From assembly GCA_034723395.1 (NCBI GenBank), contig JAYEOW010000048.1, positions 1 to 59,395 of the forward strand: DNA of 59,395 nt, given 5' to 3'. Under the pieces are notes generated by a model, which was given only the letters and a program-made list of their open reading frames with translations, ran no database searches and was not told the DNA's origin. The position numbers and the translations under genes were made by a program. The DNA comes from Candidatus Margulisiibacteriota bacterium. Lineage in GTDB: Bacteria > Margulisbacteria > WOR-1 > O2-12-FULL-45-9. How positions within the stretch are numbered: position 1 is the first letter of the stretch; the number at the start of each line of letters is the position of its first letter. Of the stretch, positions 9,371 through 19,704 are shown piece by piece.

Positions 9371-9862
9371 TTTTTCGAAAATGCTAGTGTAGATGATGTG
9401 TCTGAAATAATGTTAAATAGATTCGAAGAATTAGTCCTCCCTTTTTGGGAAAAGGCGAAGAAAGATACAAGCTATACTCTGCATGAAATTATTACTTTAG
9501 CATCGATTATTGAGAAAGAGGCACAGAAAAAGAGTGAGCGGAAGATTATCTCATCCGTCTATCATAATCGTTTGAATAAAAAAATGTTCCTGGCAGCTTG
9601 CCCAACGATCAAATATGCTTTAGACTGGCCGACGAAAAAAGTTTACTATGAACAGCTCGATGTAAAATCCCCGTATAATACATATAAGAATAAGGGGTTG
9701 CCGCCGGGGCCGATCGCAAATCCCGGGATCGAATCGATTAAAGCGGCGGTTTATCCAGCTAAAACCAATTATTATTATTTTGTTGCAAAAAAAGACGGCA
9801 GCCACATTTTTTCCTCGACCTTTCAGGGGCATCAGCAGGGGAGACAAGAGAGTAAAAAATAA
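9371..9862 (+). pseudogene. Diverged duplicate of the 3' ~490 bp of mltG
   Basis: [21 protein letters not shown]... aligns with MltG FFEKGEIEDLVEVMLARFEEL from 7366 onward; lacks the N-terminus and TM anchor; fused to the guaA fragment. Confidence 0.92.
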
Positions 9863-9870
9863 AATTTAAG

Positions 9871-10422
9871 TTATTTTTCCAGGCAATCTTTAAATATTTT
9901 GAGAAGGTTTTTCTCGGGTGATATGTTTTCGAAATCTCTAAGCCACTTTTGAATATAATTAATATCAATAGATGGATTTTTTATCAAAATGCTTTTTACA
10001 TCTTCAATATCCCGGGCCCTGCCAGCGAATATTTTGTGGATTATGACATCTTCCGGAGAGGCAAAGTTTACTTTTGTTTTGCCGATCCTGATTTTTTTTG
10101 CGTTCTCTATGGCTTGCTGTTCGAAGGGGGTGAAGGAGAATATAAAATCAATCCGGATTTTACTTTTTTTGTCCTGGCTCGGCAGTACCCAGGTTTTTTT
10201 GGCAAAATCAACAGGGTTGTCGGGCAGAGGGTGCAATTTTAGTATTTTTAAAATATCCAGGATCAGAGATAATTTATCGGTCCCAATTCCCAGCGTAATA
10301 TCTATGTCCCTGGTTAGCCTGGGTTCTCCATATAATAAAACTGCTTGTCCGCCGATGATCATGTAGGGGATATCTGTTTTCCCCAAAGCCTTGGCGATTT
10401 TTTCAATTAGTTTTTCGAACAT
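9871..10422 (-). CDS. Nucleotidyltransferase-family protein (AbiEii/DUF6036-like)
   Basis: YMIIGGQAV...PRLTRDIDI (GG-x-DxD) and ASPEDVIIHKIFAGRARDIEDV. Confidence 0.8.
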   Translation of the reverse strand: MFEKLIEKIAKALGKTDIPYMIIGGQAVLLYGEPRLTRDIDITLGIGTDKLSLILDILKILKLHPLPDNPVDFAKKTWVLPSQDKKSKIRIDFIFSFTPFEQQAIENAKKIRIGKTKVNFASPEDVIIHKIFAGRARDIEDVKSILIKNPSIDINYIQKWLRDFENISPEKNLLKIFKDCLEK

Positions 10423-10598
10423 GAATTTAAAATTTTGGCGATCCTTAGATCTTTTTCAATTCCTTCGAGCGGATTTTTGGATGGAAGCACTTTTAGTGAT
10501 AAGGCTTCCTGCCATAAGGACTCGAATATCCTCATTGCTTCCTTAAAGCTTAGTTTTTCCTTGTCGAACATCCTTAGTAATTCAGGTTTCTTGATCAT
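10407..10598 (-). CDS. Small helical protein, probable partner (antitoxin-like) of the nucleotidyltransferase
   Basis: 63 aa, overlaps the downstream gene start; TGCTATAAT extended -10 just upstream. Confidence 0.6.
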   Translation of the reverse strand: MIKKPELLRMFDKEKLSFKEAMRIFESLWQEALSLKVLPSKNPLEGIEKDLRIAKILNSCSKN

Positions 10599-10661
10599 TG
10601 CCGGTATAAATTATAGCATAAGGTCCCGGAGGGTTCTATGAAGAATATCGGAAGTGAGCGC

Positions 10662-12218
10662 TCACTCCCACTCGATCGTCGAAGGCGGCTTTGAGGAGAT
10701 ATCATAAACTACACGATTAACTTCCGGGGTTTCATTTACAATCCGATTAGAAATCTTTTCAAGTAACTCGTAAGGCAATCTTGCCCAGTCCGCGGTCATT
10801 GCATCTTTGGATTCAACTGCACGAATAGCTACCGTATTCAGATAAGTTCTCTTGTCTCCCATAACTCCAACGGTTCGAATCGGGAGGAGAACGGCGAAGG
10901 ATTGCCAGAGCTTTTTATACAAACCGGCTTCCTTGATTTCGCTGACCACAATGTCATCCACTTCCTGGAGGATTTTTACTCTTTCTTTAGTTACTTCGCC
11001 AATGATCCGGATCGAAAGGCCCGGCCCGGGGAAAGGTTGGCGGGAAATGATTTCATCCGGAACGCCCAAGCCTCTGCCTAAAGCTCGAACTTCGTCTTTG
11101 AATAGTAAGCGGAGCGGTTCGATGAGCTTAAATCCCATTTTTTCAGGAAGCCCGCCGACGTTGTGGTGGGTCTTGATCTTCTTGGCGACTTTTCCGGTAG
11201 TCGTTCCTGGGACTGCACTTTCGATCACGTCCGGATATAAAGTTCCCTGAGCGAGATAGGGGATATCGCCTAATTTCTTAGCCTCTTCTTCAAAGGTGCG
11301 GATAAAATTCTCTCCGATTATCTTTCTTTTCTTTTCAGGATCAATTACTCCTTTGAGTTTGTCGAAGAATCTTTTGGCGGCATCGATATGAATAAAATTG
11401 ATCTTGAATTTACTGGTAAAGAGCTCATTTATTTTTTTGGCTTCGTTTTTGCGCATGAAGCCCTGGTCGATGAACATACAGGTGAGCTGATTGCCGATCG
11501 CCTTTTGGATCAGCGCCGCCACGGTGGTAGAATCAACTCCGCCGGAGAGGGCAAGTAATATTTTTTCTTTTCCGACCCTGGTGCGGATATCTTTTACCTG
11601 CTCTTCAATGAAATTGGCGGTGGTCCAGGTCGGTTTACAGTTGCAAACGATATAGACAAAGTTCTTTAATATCTCTATTCCTTTAGGGGTATGGACGACT
11701 TCGGGATGGAACTGAACGCCGAATAGTTTCTTTTCCGCATTTCCGATCGCGGCAAATTTCGTATTGTCGGTGTGGGCCAGCTGTTTAAATCCTTCCGGAA
11801 GGGATGCGACCGTATCACCGTGGCTCATCCACGACTTGATCTTGTTTGGCAGTCCAGCAAAGATGTTGGTCTCATCATCGATTAGAGGGTCGGCCTTGCC
11901 GTACTCTTTTTTCTCTCCCTGTTTTACTTCGCCCCCGAGCTCTTTGGTCATTAATTGAAGGCCGTAGCAGATGCCAAGGATCGGGATCCCGCAGTTCCAA
12001 AGCGCTGGATCGGCTTTGGGGGCGTCTTTTTCGTATACCGAAGCAGGGCCGCCGGAAACAATTATGCCCCTAACGTTTCTTTTCTTGAGTTCGGAAACCG
12101 GGATATCGTGGGGGAGGACTTCGCAGTAAACATTGCATTCGCGGACTCTTCTTGCGATCAGCATCGAATACTGGGCGCCAAAATCGAGAACAACTACGAG
12201 GTCATGCTTCTGTGCCAT
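10662..12218 (-). CDS. guaA: GMP synthase, glutamine-hydrolysing (start moved to MAQKHD at 12218)
   Basis: [50 protein letters not shown]. Confidence 0.98.
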   Translation of the reverse strand: MAQKHDLVVVLDFGAQYSMLIARRVRECNVYCEVLPHDIPVSELKKRNVRGIIVSGGPASVYEKDAPKADPALWNCGIPILGICYGLQLMTKELGGEVKQGEKKEYGKADPLIDDETNIFAGLPNKIKSWMSHGDTVASLPEGFKQLAHTDNTKFAAIGNAEKKLFGVQFHPEVVHTPKGIEILKNFVYIVCNCKPTWTTANFIEEQVKDIRTRVGKEKILLALSGGVDSTTVAALIQKAIGNQLTCMFIDQGFMRKNEAKKINELFTSKFKINFIHIDAAKRFFDKLKGVIDPEKKRKIIGENFIRTFEEEAKKLGDIPYLAQGTLYPDVIESAVPGTTTGKVAKKIKTHHNVGGLPEKMGFKLIEPLRLLFKDEVRALGRGLGVPDEIISRQPFPGPGLSIRIIGEVTKERVKILQEVDDIVVSEIKEAGLYKKLWQSFAVLLPIRTVGVMGDKRTYLNTVAIRAVESKDAMTADWARLPYELLEKISNRIVNETPEVNRVVYDISSKPPSTIEWE

Positions 12219-12241
12219 ATGAGAGTATAACATAACTAAAT

Positions 12242-12269
12242 TGAAATTTTCAATAATTGCTGTCGATAA
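12242..12269 (+). promoter_or_regulatory. Putative sigma-28-like promoter, copy 2
   Basis: tGAAA-ttttcaataattgct (15 nt)-GTCGATAA, 6 nt before the ATG at 12276. Confidence 0.6.
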
Positions 12270-12275
12270 GGAGAC

Positions 12276-13058
12276 ATGAGTGCGGGAAAAGTTACAATGG
12301 TTGCTCATTACGGGCCCAAAAAGCAAAACTTAGCCAGGTTTATCCGGGCCCTCCAAAAAAAGGTAAAGGAAGGATTGGGAAGAAAATATTCCCGAGTTTT
12401 TAAGCCTTATCGGGTAGAACAGGTGCATGCGACGTTGGTTGGGATGGAAGGCGGACCGGGTGGGATAAACCGTAATTTCAATAATGCTTTAGAGCAGCGG
12501 AAACGTATGGATTTTGAAGGGTTGCTTCGTTTTATCCAGAATACCAATATTTTCCCGATGCGGATCCAATTTGGACGGATTTTCCCCTTCAGGGATTACG
12601 GCTTTAAGACGTCTAATGAGCATCCGGCTGACTGGACTTTTAGGTTTAGAGAAGCCCAGGTGATAGTGATCGGGTGGCCGGCAAAAAGAGGAAGCAGCCT
12701 GCAGGATCCCTTATGCCAGGATCTGGAATTGTTCAGGCGGGCGGTCCAGTCTTTTGGGATTCGGCATAAATTTCATGAAAAGCCCGGCGATTATGATAAT
12801 GATTTCTACATGGTTTTAGGAACTATCGATAGAGCCAGGATTACCAAGGGGGCCATGTCCCAATATGCTGAAAGGACCGCTGATCTTGAGCAGAAAGTTA
12901 GAAGAGAGTTAATGGTCAATCCGCCGCTTCGGATAAAAGTTGGAATGGAGGATATATCGGTTGTTAAATATGAAGATTCAAAATTACCCGTGAGAGGAAC
13001 GACTGCTTATCCGATTATAAATCTATCCGCATCACAAATTCAAAGTTTATTTGGATAA
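12276..13058 (+). CDS. Hypothetical protein, possibly 2H-phosphoesterase-like
   Basis: 260-aa ORF between guaA and guaB on the opposite strand; one HxT motif (QVHATLV). Confidence 0.65.
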   Translation: MSAGKVTMVAHYGPKKQNLARFIRALQKKVKEGLGRKYSRVFKPYRVEQVHATLVGMEGGPGGINRNFNNALEQRKRMDFEGLLRFIQNTNIFPMRIQFGRIFPFRDYGFKTSNEHPADWTFRFREAQVIVIGWPAKRGSSLQDPLCQDLELFRRAVQSFGIRHKFHEKPGDYDNDFYMVLGTIDRARITKGAMSQYAERTADLEQKVRRELMVNPPLRIKVGMEDISVVKYEDSKLPVRGTTAYPIINLSASQIQSLFG

Positions 13059-13075
13059 ATACGGCCCCTAATTAA

Positions 13076-14236
13076 CTACTTATACATCCCCAACTGCTGT
13101 GCTTTTTGGAAAACTTTCCCTTCGGTCAAGATCGAGGGAGCAATTACCACTTCAACCTGCTGCATCTCTTTAATGTTCGCCGCGCCTAAGGTTCCCATCG
13201 AGGTTTTTAGCGCTCCCACAAAATTCATTGAGCCGTCATCATACTTTGCCGGGCCGTGAAGGATTTCTTTTAGCGATCCGATGGTTCCGACTTTGACTCT
13301 AGAACCACGGGGAAGCGTAGGAGAGGGAGTCGCCATTCCCCAGTGATAGTCTCCGCCGGGGGATTCGGTTGCTTTAGCGATCGGCGAACCGATCATCACC
13401 GCGTCCGCTCCGCAGGCGATCGCTTTACAGATATCTCCACCGACGACCATTCCGCCATCGGCGATGATAGGAACGTAAACATTATTTTCTTTAAAGTATG
13501 CGTTGCGGGCTGCAACACAATCGGCGATCGAGGTTGCCATCGGGACGCCGATGCCAAGAACTCCGCGTGAAGTGCAGGCGGCGCCGGGGCCGATCCCAAC
13601 TAAAACACCGGCAACCCCGGTTCCCATTAAAGTTAATGCCACTTCATAAGTTACACAGTTTCCAACCAGCACCGGGATTTCCATCATTTTGCAGAATTCT
13701 TTCAGGTCTAACGCTTTAGAGGTTGACGATTTATGTTTAGTAGATATAACCGTTGACTGGAGGACAAAAATGTCTACCCCGGCATCGCGGGCGATCGGTC
13801 CTAGTTCAATTGCATCCTGGGGAATAGAAGAGGCAGCGGCGATCGCTCCGCTTTTTTTGATCTCTTTAATTCTTTTTATGACTAATTCTTTTTTTATCGG
13901 TTCCTGATAAAGTTTTTGCATCAGCGGGACATATTCTTCTTTGCTGACCGAGGATATCTGTTTCAGTATCTTTTCTGCGTCTTCATAACGTGTCCAGACC
14001 CCCTGCAGGTTCAAAACTCCTAATCCGCCAAGCTCGCTCATTAAGATCGCGGTCTTTGGGCTGACCACGCCATCCATTGCAGAAGCTATGACCGGGACTT
14101 CGAGTTTCTTCCCGCCAATCTCAACCGAAACATCCGCGTCGTCGGGGTTGATGGTGACGATCGAGGGGACTAAAGATATCTCATCGAATCCATAAACTCT
14201 CCGGGTCTTTTTTGACTTTCCTAACATGATTTCCAT
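13076..14236 (-). CDS. guaB: GuaB3-type IMP dehydrogenase (no CBS domains)
   Basis: YGFDEISLVP, ASAMDGVV, catalytic loop GIGPGAACTSR, IADGG, HWGMA. Confidence 0.93.
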   Translation of the reverse strand: MEIMLGKSKKTRRVYGFDEISLVPSIVTINPDDADVSVEIGGKKLEVPVIASAMDGVVSPKTAILMSELGGLGVLNLQGVWTRYEDAEKILKQISSVSKEEYVPLMQKLYQEPIKKELVIKRIKEIKKSGAIAAASSIPQDAIELGPIARDAGVDIFVLQSTVISTKHKSSTSKALDLKEFCKMMEIPVLVGNCVTYEVALTLMGTGVAGVLVGIGPGAACTSRGVLGIGVPMATSIADCVAARNAYFKENNVYVPIIADGGMVVGGDICKAIACGADAVMIGSPIAKATESPGGDYHWGMATPSPTLPRGSRVKVGTIGSLKEILHGPAKYDDGSMNFVGALKTSMGTLGAANIKEMQQVEVVIAPSILTEGKVFQKAQQLGMYK

Positions 14237-14237
14237 T

Positions 14238-14534
14238 TTACTTTCTCCTCTTTTTGTTTTTCCGTTTTTTTCCGTGTGATCCCTTTATCCGTGGTTCTCT
14301 GTGTTTAGCGGTAGCGATCATTTTTTCAAATTCGTTCATCACCGGTTCCGGCACCCACACTTCGCCGCACTCCTGGCAAACATAGGCGGGGACGTTTTCC
14401 ATTAGATAAAGCTTACCATCCTGATAATCCTCGAGGTTTACCTTTTCAAGGCTCAATAACCCGCCGCAGGATTGGCACTCCTGGGGATTGCTGTCCTTTA
14501 AAAATTGTTTGTATTTTTCAAAATAGTCTGCCAT
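14238..14534 (-). CDS. YgiT/MqsA-type zinc-finger protein
   Basis: CQSCGG...ENVPAYVCQECGE; basic C-terminal tail. Confidence 0.8.
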   Translation of the reverse strand: MADYFEKYKQFLKDSNPQECQSCGGLLSLEKVNLEDYQDGKLYLMENVPAYVCQECGEVWVPEPVMNEFEKMIATAKHREPRIKGSHGKKRKNKKRRK

Positions 14535-14571
14535 TGGGATTAAACGGACATTATAACTAAAAACTTCATTC

Positions 14572-14599
14572 TTGACAATAGTCTCTTAATTGCTATAAT
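14572..14599 (+). promoter_or_regulatory. Sigma-70 promoter
   Basis: TTGACA-16 nt-TATAAT with a TG extended -10; GGAGG upstream of the TTG start at 14623. Confidence 0.8.
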
Positions 14600-14622
14600 C
14601 GCCCCAAGGTGGAGGTGTCACG

Positions 14623-15294
14623 TTGAAAAAAATATTGATCTTACTTTTCGTCATTATTTACGCGGCGGCGAGTTTTGCCGCAAATTTGGCCGATAAGAAA
14701 GCTGAACTTTCGCGGGTAAAAAAATATATCCGTTCACTCGATGCTAAGATCGTAGCGGCCAGGTCTGCCCGAAAGATCAATAAACTTGCAGAATTAAAAG
14801 ATCTAAAACGCCGCCAGCTTGAAAGAGCAAAATTAATCAGGAAAGATATTGCTGAGTTGGAAACGGGAGAGAAGAAGCCGGAGGTAAAAAAAGAAGCGAA
14901 ACCGCAACCGAAGCCGGATGAAGGGAAGCGGGGCCGTCAGTTCGAGGTTGGATACGGAGGCGGAACATTGCTGTTGGGCAGTGCGTACTCGTTTCCTTTT
15001 AGGAATTTGAATTTGCAGGCAAAAGCGGGCTATGGGATCGGAAACGGCTATTCGATCTTAGATGCTGGGATCAGAGCGCTCTTTGCGGTGAGAGGAAACA
15101 AGGTTGGGGTAGAGCTGGGAATGGCAAATTATTCCGAGACCGTTGCGGACATACTGGGGGTAGCAGGGAATATTGATAAAGGGACAAAACTGGGGTTTGG
15201 AGTTTTCCTGGTGCGGCCCGTATTTAAGTACACTGGGCGGATAGGCTACAATACGGCTTTGGGATTGACCGCATCCCTGCTGTACAAGTTTTAA
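14623..15294 (+). CDS. Secreted protein with a coiled-coil N-terminal part and a probable beta-barrel C-terminal part
   Basis: Signal peptide (AAASFA), Lys/Arg/Glu helical region, Gly/aromatic alternating strands, C-terminal YKF. Confidence 0.65.
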   Translation: MKKILILLFVIIYAAASFAANLADKKAELSRVKKYIRSLDAKIVAARSARKINKLAELKDLKRRQLERAKLIRKDIAELETGEKKPEVKKEAKPQPKPDEGKRGRQFEVGYGGGTLLLGSAYSFPFRNLNLQAKAGYGIGNGYSILDAGIRALFAVRGNKVGVELGMANYSETVADILGVAGNIDKGTKLGFGVFLVRPVFKYTGRIGYNTALGLTASLLYKF

Positions 15295-15301
15295 TTTAAG
15301 C

Positions 15302-15330
15302 TTGACACTAATGCGGGGTTAGCTTATAAT
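15302..15330 (+). promoter_or_regulatory. Consensus sigma-70 promoter
   Basis: TTGACA-ctaatgcggggttagct (17 nt)-TATAAT; AGGAGG RBS before 15360. Confidence 0.88.
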
Positions 15331-15359
15331 TTATCGAAACTTACTTAGGAGGTAAGAGT

Positions 15360-16349
15360 ATGAAAAAGATCGCAGGTTTATTAGGTGTTTTGATGTTAGT
15401 TGGTTTATTGTATGGATGTTCGACAACGCAGTCTGCTAGTAATCCGAATGATACCGATGTCCCGTGCTCGATTCCGTCTGATACAAACCTGACTGTTTCC
15501 GCGTCAAATATAACGGTGGGGAGCGACAGTAAGAGCCTCACTTTTAACATGGCCGCGATTGATCAAAATAATGCCGCATTTACTGACTTAACAAAGGGTA
15601 ACTTACAAGTTTCAGTTGCGAGCACTCCTGAGACCTGGACGATTACTTATATCGCTAACGGGGCAAACACCGGCACACGCAACTTTTCTATGGCTATGAC
15701 CCTGGATAGATCGGGAAGTATGTCTTCCGCTGACAATTCAAGTTTAGAGGCGGCGGCATTAAGCCTTGTTGGCTTGATCCCGCAGGGAGATGCTGATGTT
15801 GGAGTGATCAATTTTGCCAGCACGGTAACAGTAGATGCGACAATGACCACCGATAAAAGTTTGCAAAGTGTAGCCATAACTGACGAGTCGTACGTTGGGG
15901 GTAGTACCGCCTTATATGATTCGATGGGCGCGGCTATCGACTTGGTTTTAACAGGAGCTAACGGTTACAAGGTTGTTATTGCTATGACTGATGGCGGAGA
16001 GAATTACAGTTCTACTTATACAACGACCACTGAAATTATCGATTATTCAGTTCAAAGTGGCAATGTGCCTATTTTTGCCCTGGGTTATGGATTGTCTGCT
16101 TCCAGTGCGGCTGAGGTCGCAATGCAAAATATTGCTACTGGAACCGGTGGTTTGTATTACTCAGCCCCATCACCCGAAGCGCTCGTAGAAGTATATGATA
16201 CTCTTGCTTCAACGATGGCGAATGCATATCAGGTGAGTATATCCGGAAATACTGCATTGCCCGCAGGGACACACACTTTGACTATTGTGGTTAAGGATGA
16301 AAATGGAAATGTTGTATATACGGTTAGTGTTCCATTTGTAGTTTCCTAA
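15360..16349 (+). CDS. VWA-domain lipoprotein
   Basis: Lipobox LYGC; MIDAS DRSGSM, TALYD, MTDG. Confidence 0.85.
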   Translation: MKKIAGLLGVLMLVGLLYGCSTTQSASNPNDTDVPCSIPSDTNLTVSASNITVGSDSKSLTFNMAAIDQNNAAFTDLTKGNLQVSVASTPETWTITYIANGANTGTRNFSMAMTLDRSGSMSSADNSSLEAAALSLVGLIPQGDADVGVINFASTVTVDATMTTDKSLQSVAITDESYVGGSTALYDSMGAAIDLVLTGANGYKVVIAMTDGGENYSSTYTTTTEIIDYSVQSGNVPIFALGYGLSASSAAEVAMQNIATGTGGLYYSAPSPEALVEVYDTLASTMANAYQVSISGNTALPAGTHTLTIVVKDENGNVVYTVSVPFVVS

Positions 16350-16374
16350 GAGCTGTTTAGATTTTAAGTTTATT

Positions 16375-16409
16375 AAAAGCTCCCCGATGAAAATCGGGGA
16401 GCTTTTTTT
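16375..16409 (+). terminator. Rho-independent terminator, possibly bidirectional
   Basis: aaaagctccccgat-gaaa-atcggggagctttttt. Confidence 0.85.
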
Positions 16410-16411
16410 GT

Positions 16412-16524
16412 CCTCACCCCGTCACTCACTTCGTTCGTGCCACCCCTCTCCATTTTCAATGGAGAGGGGAATGAATTCGCCGAACCTTGCCTGCCGGCAG
16501 GCAGGGGCGAAGAAAGGGGTGAGG
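16412..16524. repeat. REP-like multi-hairpin element, copy 2, with a nested 21-bp palindrome
   Basis: Same scaffold as 6752-6843, plus ccttgcctgccggcaggcagg inserted in the ttcgccgaa/ggcgaa loop. Confidence 0.85.
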
Positions 16525-16592
16525 GTTTTGGGGTTTGAGATGAAAAAAAGAGTATGTTATACTCTGATAAAATAAAAGCGGTGAGGTGTTTT

Positions 16593-18284
16593 GTGAGCAA
16601 AAAAATTACCCTTACGATCCTAGGTTTACTAATAATCGGGTTCTCTCTTTATGGATGTGGAAGGGTAGTAAATGTTGTTACCCCGGTTCATCCTTCATCG
16701 CAGACTTATGGGGTGATTATCGGAACGGTCAAGGATACTTCCGGTACCGCACTAAGCGCAGTTGCGGTAACCTCATCCGGCAGCAGCTCCGCCACCAATG
16801 CCCAGGGATGGTTCACGGTATCAAACCTAACCGCAACGACTCGAGAAGTGGTTGCCTTTACAAAATCGGGTTACGTTTCAAATCAAAAGGTCGTTGCTGT
16901 TTCGGCTGGCCAGTCTACTTTTGTAGATGTAAAAATGGGGGTTGCCGGCACCGCTCAAACGATGGATGCCATAACTGGTGGAACAATAACCGTCCAGACG
17001 AGTTCTGGCTTAAGCGCCGAGGTCACCATCCCGGCCAATTCTTTAGTTGATTCGTCAGGGACCGCTTTTACCGGGACTGCTCAAGTTCAATTAACCCCAT
17101 TTGATCCAACGGTTAATAACGATTTGGATGCTTTCCCGGGGAATTTTGAAGGGATAAATACCAGTGGGGTGACCCAGCAATTTAAGTCCTTTGGCTTTAT
17201 GGATATTAATATAACCGGGAGTGGGTCTTTGAGCCTGTCTGCTGGTAAAACTGCAACTGTAACTATTCCAGTCCCGGATTCAATGACCGTAGAAGCGGCT
17301 GCCCTGGGAACATGCCCAATGTGGTATTACGATACTTCGGATGGAACATGGAGGCAGGATGGCTCCGGGACCTACGATGCGGCAAAACAGGCCTTCGTCG
17401 GAACCGTTGACCACTTTTCCACTTGGAATTTTGATGTTTCTTTTACCCGCGCCTATATTAGCGGAAATGTCGTTGATGGAAACGGAAACCCGGTGCAGGG
17501 AGCGGAAGTAAGATGCCGCGGTGAGGGGTGGAAGTGGTCGCGCTGGGAGAGCGGTGAAACAAAGACGGGGACCGATGGCGCGTTTACAAGGATTCCAGTT
17601 GAGAATAATGTTACTTTTGAATGTTGGGCAGAGAAGGGTGGGAAGAAAAGTGCTGTTTCGGTTTTTGGGCCCTTTGCAGCCGCATCTGATAATGCGGTTG
17701 GAAATATCGTGTTAGATGCCCCGCAAATTCAATTTACCCTGGCCTGGGGGCAAAACCCGACCGATCTCGATACCCATTTAACTATTCCATCGACCGCGAC
17801 TACAACCCTGGCGGCTGAGCGCGGTCACCTTTGGTATCCTTATGCGGTTGATAAAGGTTATTCAAATCTCTCATCGACCTATCCTTATGCTATTTTAGAC
17901 ACAGATGATGTATCAAGCTATGGCCCGGAAGTCACTTCGATCTACCAATTGTTTGGAGGGACCTATCGCTATAGTGTCCATCATTTTTCGGGCAGTACGA
18001 CCATCTCCGATTCGAGCGCTAGTGTTGATTTAATTGTATCCGGTGGAGGGAGCGCGGGGATCTATAACTTTACCCCTCCAATTGGAGCGACCGGCGCAAA
18101 TGATGTTTGGATAGTTTGCGATATTGTGGTCGATAGCTCGGGGAATATTTCTGAGGTTAATACGATCGGCGATTTTCTGCATGATATTGCAGCGTTCTCC
18201 GGCGAGGCCTTTAGCCCGAATAGTGCGCCAACTTATCGCGGGCCGGCAGCTGGTTATTCGGTAAACTCGTTGCGTATCAAGTAA
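16593..18284 (+). CDS. Surface lipoprotein with carboxypeptidase-regulatory-like Ig domains and a YfaP/DUF2135-like C-terminal domain (start moved to the GTG at 16593)
   Basis: GAGGTG RBS, lipobox [14 protein letters not shown] and [16 protein letters not shown] repeats, [23 protein letters not shown]...DDVSSYGPE. Confidence 0.75.
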   Translation: MSKKITLTILGLLIIGFSLYGCGRVVNVVTPVHPSSQTYGVIIGTVKDTSGTALSAVAVTSSGSSSATNAQGWFTVSNLTATTREVVAFTKSGYVSNQKVVAVSAGQSTFVDVKMGVAGTAQTMDAITGGTITVQTSSGLSAEVTIPANSLVDSSGTAFTGTAQVQLTPFDPTVNNDLDAFPGNFEGINTSGVTQQFKSFGFMDINITGSGSLSLSAGKTATVTIPVPDSMTVEAAALGTCPMWYYDTSDGTWRQDGSGTYDAAKQAFVGTVDHFSTWNFDVSFTRAYISGNVVDGNGNPVQGAEVRCRGEGWKWSRWESGETKTGTDGAFTRIPVENNVTFECWAEKGGKKSAVSVFGPFAAASDNAVGNIVLDAPQIQFTLAWGQNPTDLDTHLTIPSTATTTLAAERGHLWYPYAVDKGYSNLSSTYPYAILDTDDVSSYGPEVTSIYQLFGGTYRYSVHHFSGSTTISDSSASVDLIVSGGGSAGIYNFTPPIGATGANDVWIVCDIVVDSSGNISEVNTIGDFLHDIAAFSGEAFSPNSAPTYRGPAAGYSVNSLRIK

Positions 18285-18307
18285 AATATAGAAAGGATTG
18301 GGGGAAA

Positions 18308-19555
18308 ATGCATTTTAATATTGATCAGGTTCGAAAAGAGGACCCGGAGATTGCCAAAGCGATCGATCTGGAGCTTGGTAGGCAACAGAATAATCTGGAG
18401 ATGATCGCTTCCGAAAATTTTACCAGCCGCGCAGTGATGGAGGCGTGCGGATCGGTCCTTACCAATAAATATGCCGAAGGGTATCCGGGAAAGAGATACT
18501 ACGGCGGCTGCCACTGCGTGGATATTTCTGAAAACCTGGCGATCGAACGCGCCAAAAAACTTTTCGGCGCAGAGCATGCCAACGTTCAGCCGCACTCGGG
18601 TTCACAGGCAAATATCGCCGCTTATCTGGCGTTTATGAAACCAGGCGATCACGTTATAGGATTAAATCTTTCTCACGGCGGCCATTTGACCCACGGCAGC
18701 CCGGTAAACGCATCGGGAATACTATTCAATTTCAGCTCTTACGGTGTTGCCAAAGATACGGAGACGATCGATTTTGACGCGCTCCGCAAAGCGGCTAAAG
18801 ATCATAGGCCGAAAATGATCGTGACCGGAGCGACCGCGTATCCACGGACGATCGATTTTAATAAGTTCAGAGAGATCTGTGATGAGGTAGGGGCGATCCT
18901 GATGGTAGATATCGCCCACATCGCCGGATTAGTAGCAGCTGGTGAGCATCCATCACCGGTCCCGATGTCCGAAGTCGTTACCTCGACTACCCACAAGACG
19001 TTAAGAGGGCCGCGCGCCGGTTTTATCCTTTGTAAAGAGCAGTATGCTAAACAGGTTAACAAGGCGGTGTTCCCGGGGACTCAAGGAGGGCCGCTCGAGC
19101 ATGTTATTGCCGGAAAAGCAATCGCTTTTAAAGCGGCGATGACTGAAGAGTTTAAGCAGGACCAAAAACAGGTGGTTAAAAACGCGAAGGCGCTTGCCGA
19201 AGGATTGCTCAAGAACGGATTCCGATTAGTTTCCGGAGGAACAGACAATCACTTAGTGTTAGTCGACCTTAGGCCCAAAAAGATCACCGGTAAAATTGCC
19301 GAAAAAGTAATGGATGAAGTCGGAATTACGGTAAATAAAAACACCATTCCATTTGATCCGGAAAAGCCATTTGTAACATCCGGAATCCGTATCGGCACGC
19401 CTGCGCTTACCACCCGCGGGATGAAAGAGGGGGAGATGAAGCTGATTGCCGATCTAATCGGAAAAGTTCTCAGTAACGTTGAAGACGATAAAACAAAAAC
19501 CGAAGTAAAAGCAAAAGTTAAAGAGCTTTGTAAACAATTTCCGCTGTACGTGTAG
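18308..19555 (+). CDS. glyA: Serine hydroxymethyltransferase
   Basis: [34 protein letters not shown] (PLP lysine). Confidence 0.99.
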   Translation: MHFNIDQVRKEDPEIAKAIDLELGRQQNNLEMIASENFTSRAVMEACGSVLTNKYAEGYPGKRYYGGCHCVDISENLAIERAKKLFGAEHANVQPHSGSQANIAAYLAFMKPGDHVIGLNLSHGGHLTHGSPVNASGILFNFSSYGVAKDTETIDFDALRKAAKDHRPKMIVTGATAYPRTIDFNKFREICDEVGAILMVDIAHIAGLVAAGEHPSPVPMSEVVTSTTHKTLRGPRAGFILCKEQYAKQVNKAVFPGTQGGPLEHVIAGKAIAFKAAMTEEFKQDQKQVVKNAKALAEGLLKNGFRLVSGGTDNHLVLVDLRPKKITGKIAEKVMDEVGITVNKNTIPFDPEKPFVTSGIRIGTPALTTRGMKEGEMKLIADLIGKVLSNVEDDKTKTEVKAKVKELCKQFPLYV

Positions 19556-19576
19556 ATTTCTCCTCCGGTAGGAATA

Positions 19577-19657
19577 GCCCTCACCCAAGTTAGAGACTTG
19601 CGTAAAGTTATTATTAACAACCCTCTCCCGAAGGGAGAGGGAGTAGAAGGTGAGGGC
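19577..19657. repeat. REP-like multi-hairpin element, copy 3 (divergent); may also terminate glyA
   Basis: gccctcacc...ggtgagggc outer stem with inner ccctctccc-gaa-gggagaggg. Confidence 0.75.
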
Positions 19658-19704
19658 TTGGAGAAGACAACGAATCGTTTTCGTGCTAAAATAAAATAAA
19701 CGCG

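Noticed and set aside
7366..10967. Diversity-generating retroelement (template/variable repeat) explanation for the mltG and guaA duplicates
   Set aside because: The mismatches are mostly synonymous third-position changes of all base types, not adenine-specific, and there is no reverse transcriptase in the window.
16373..16600. ORFs 16373..16600(-) and 16387..16575(+)
   Set aside because: They are translations of the terminator plus REP element (PSPLSSPLPAGRQ), not real genes.
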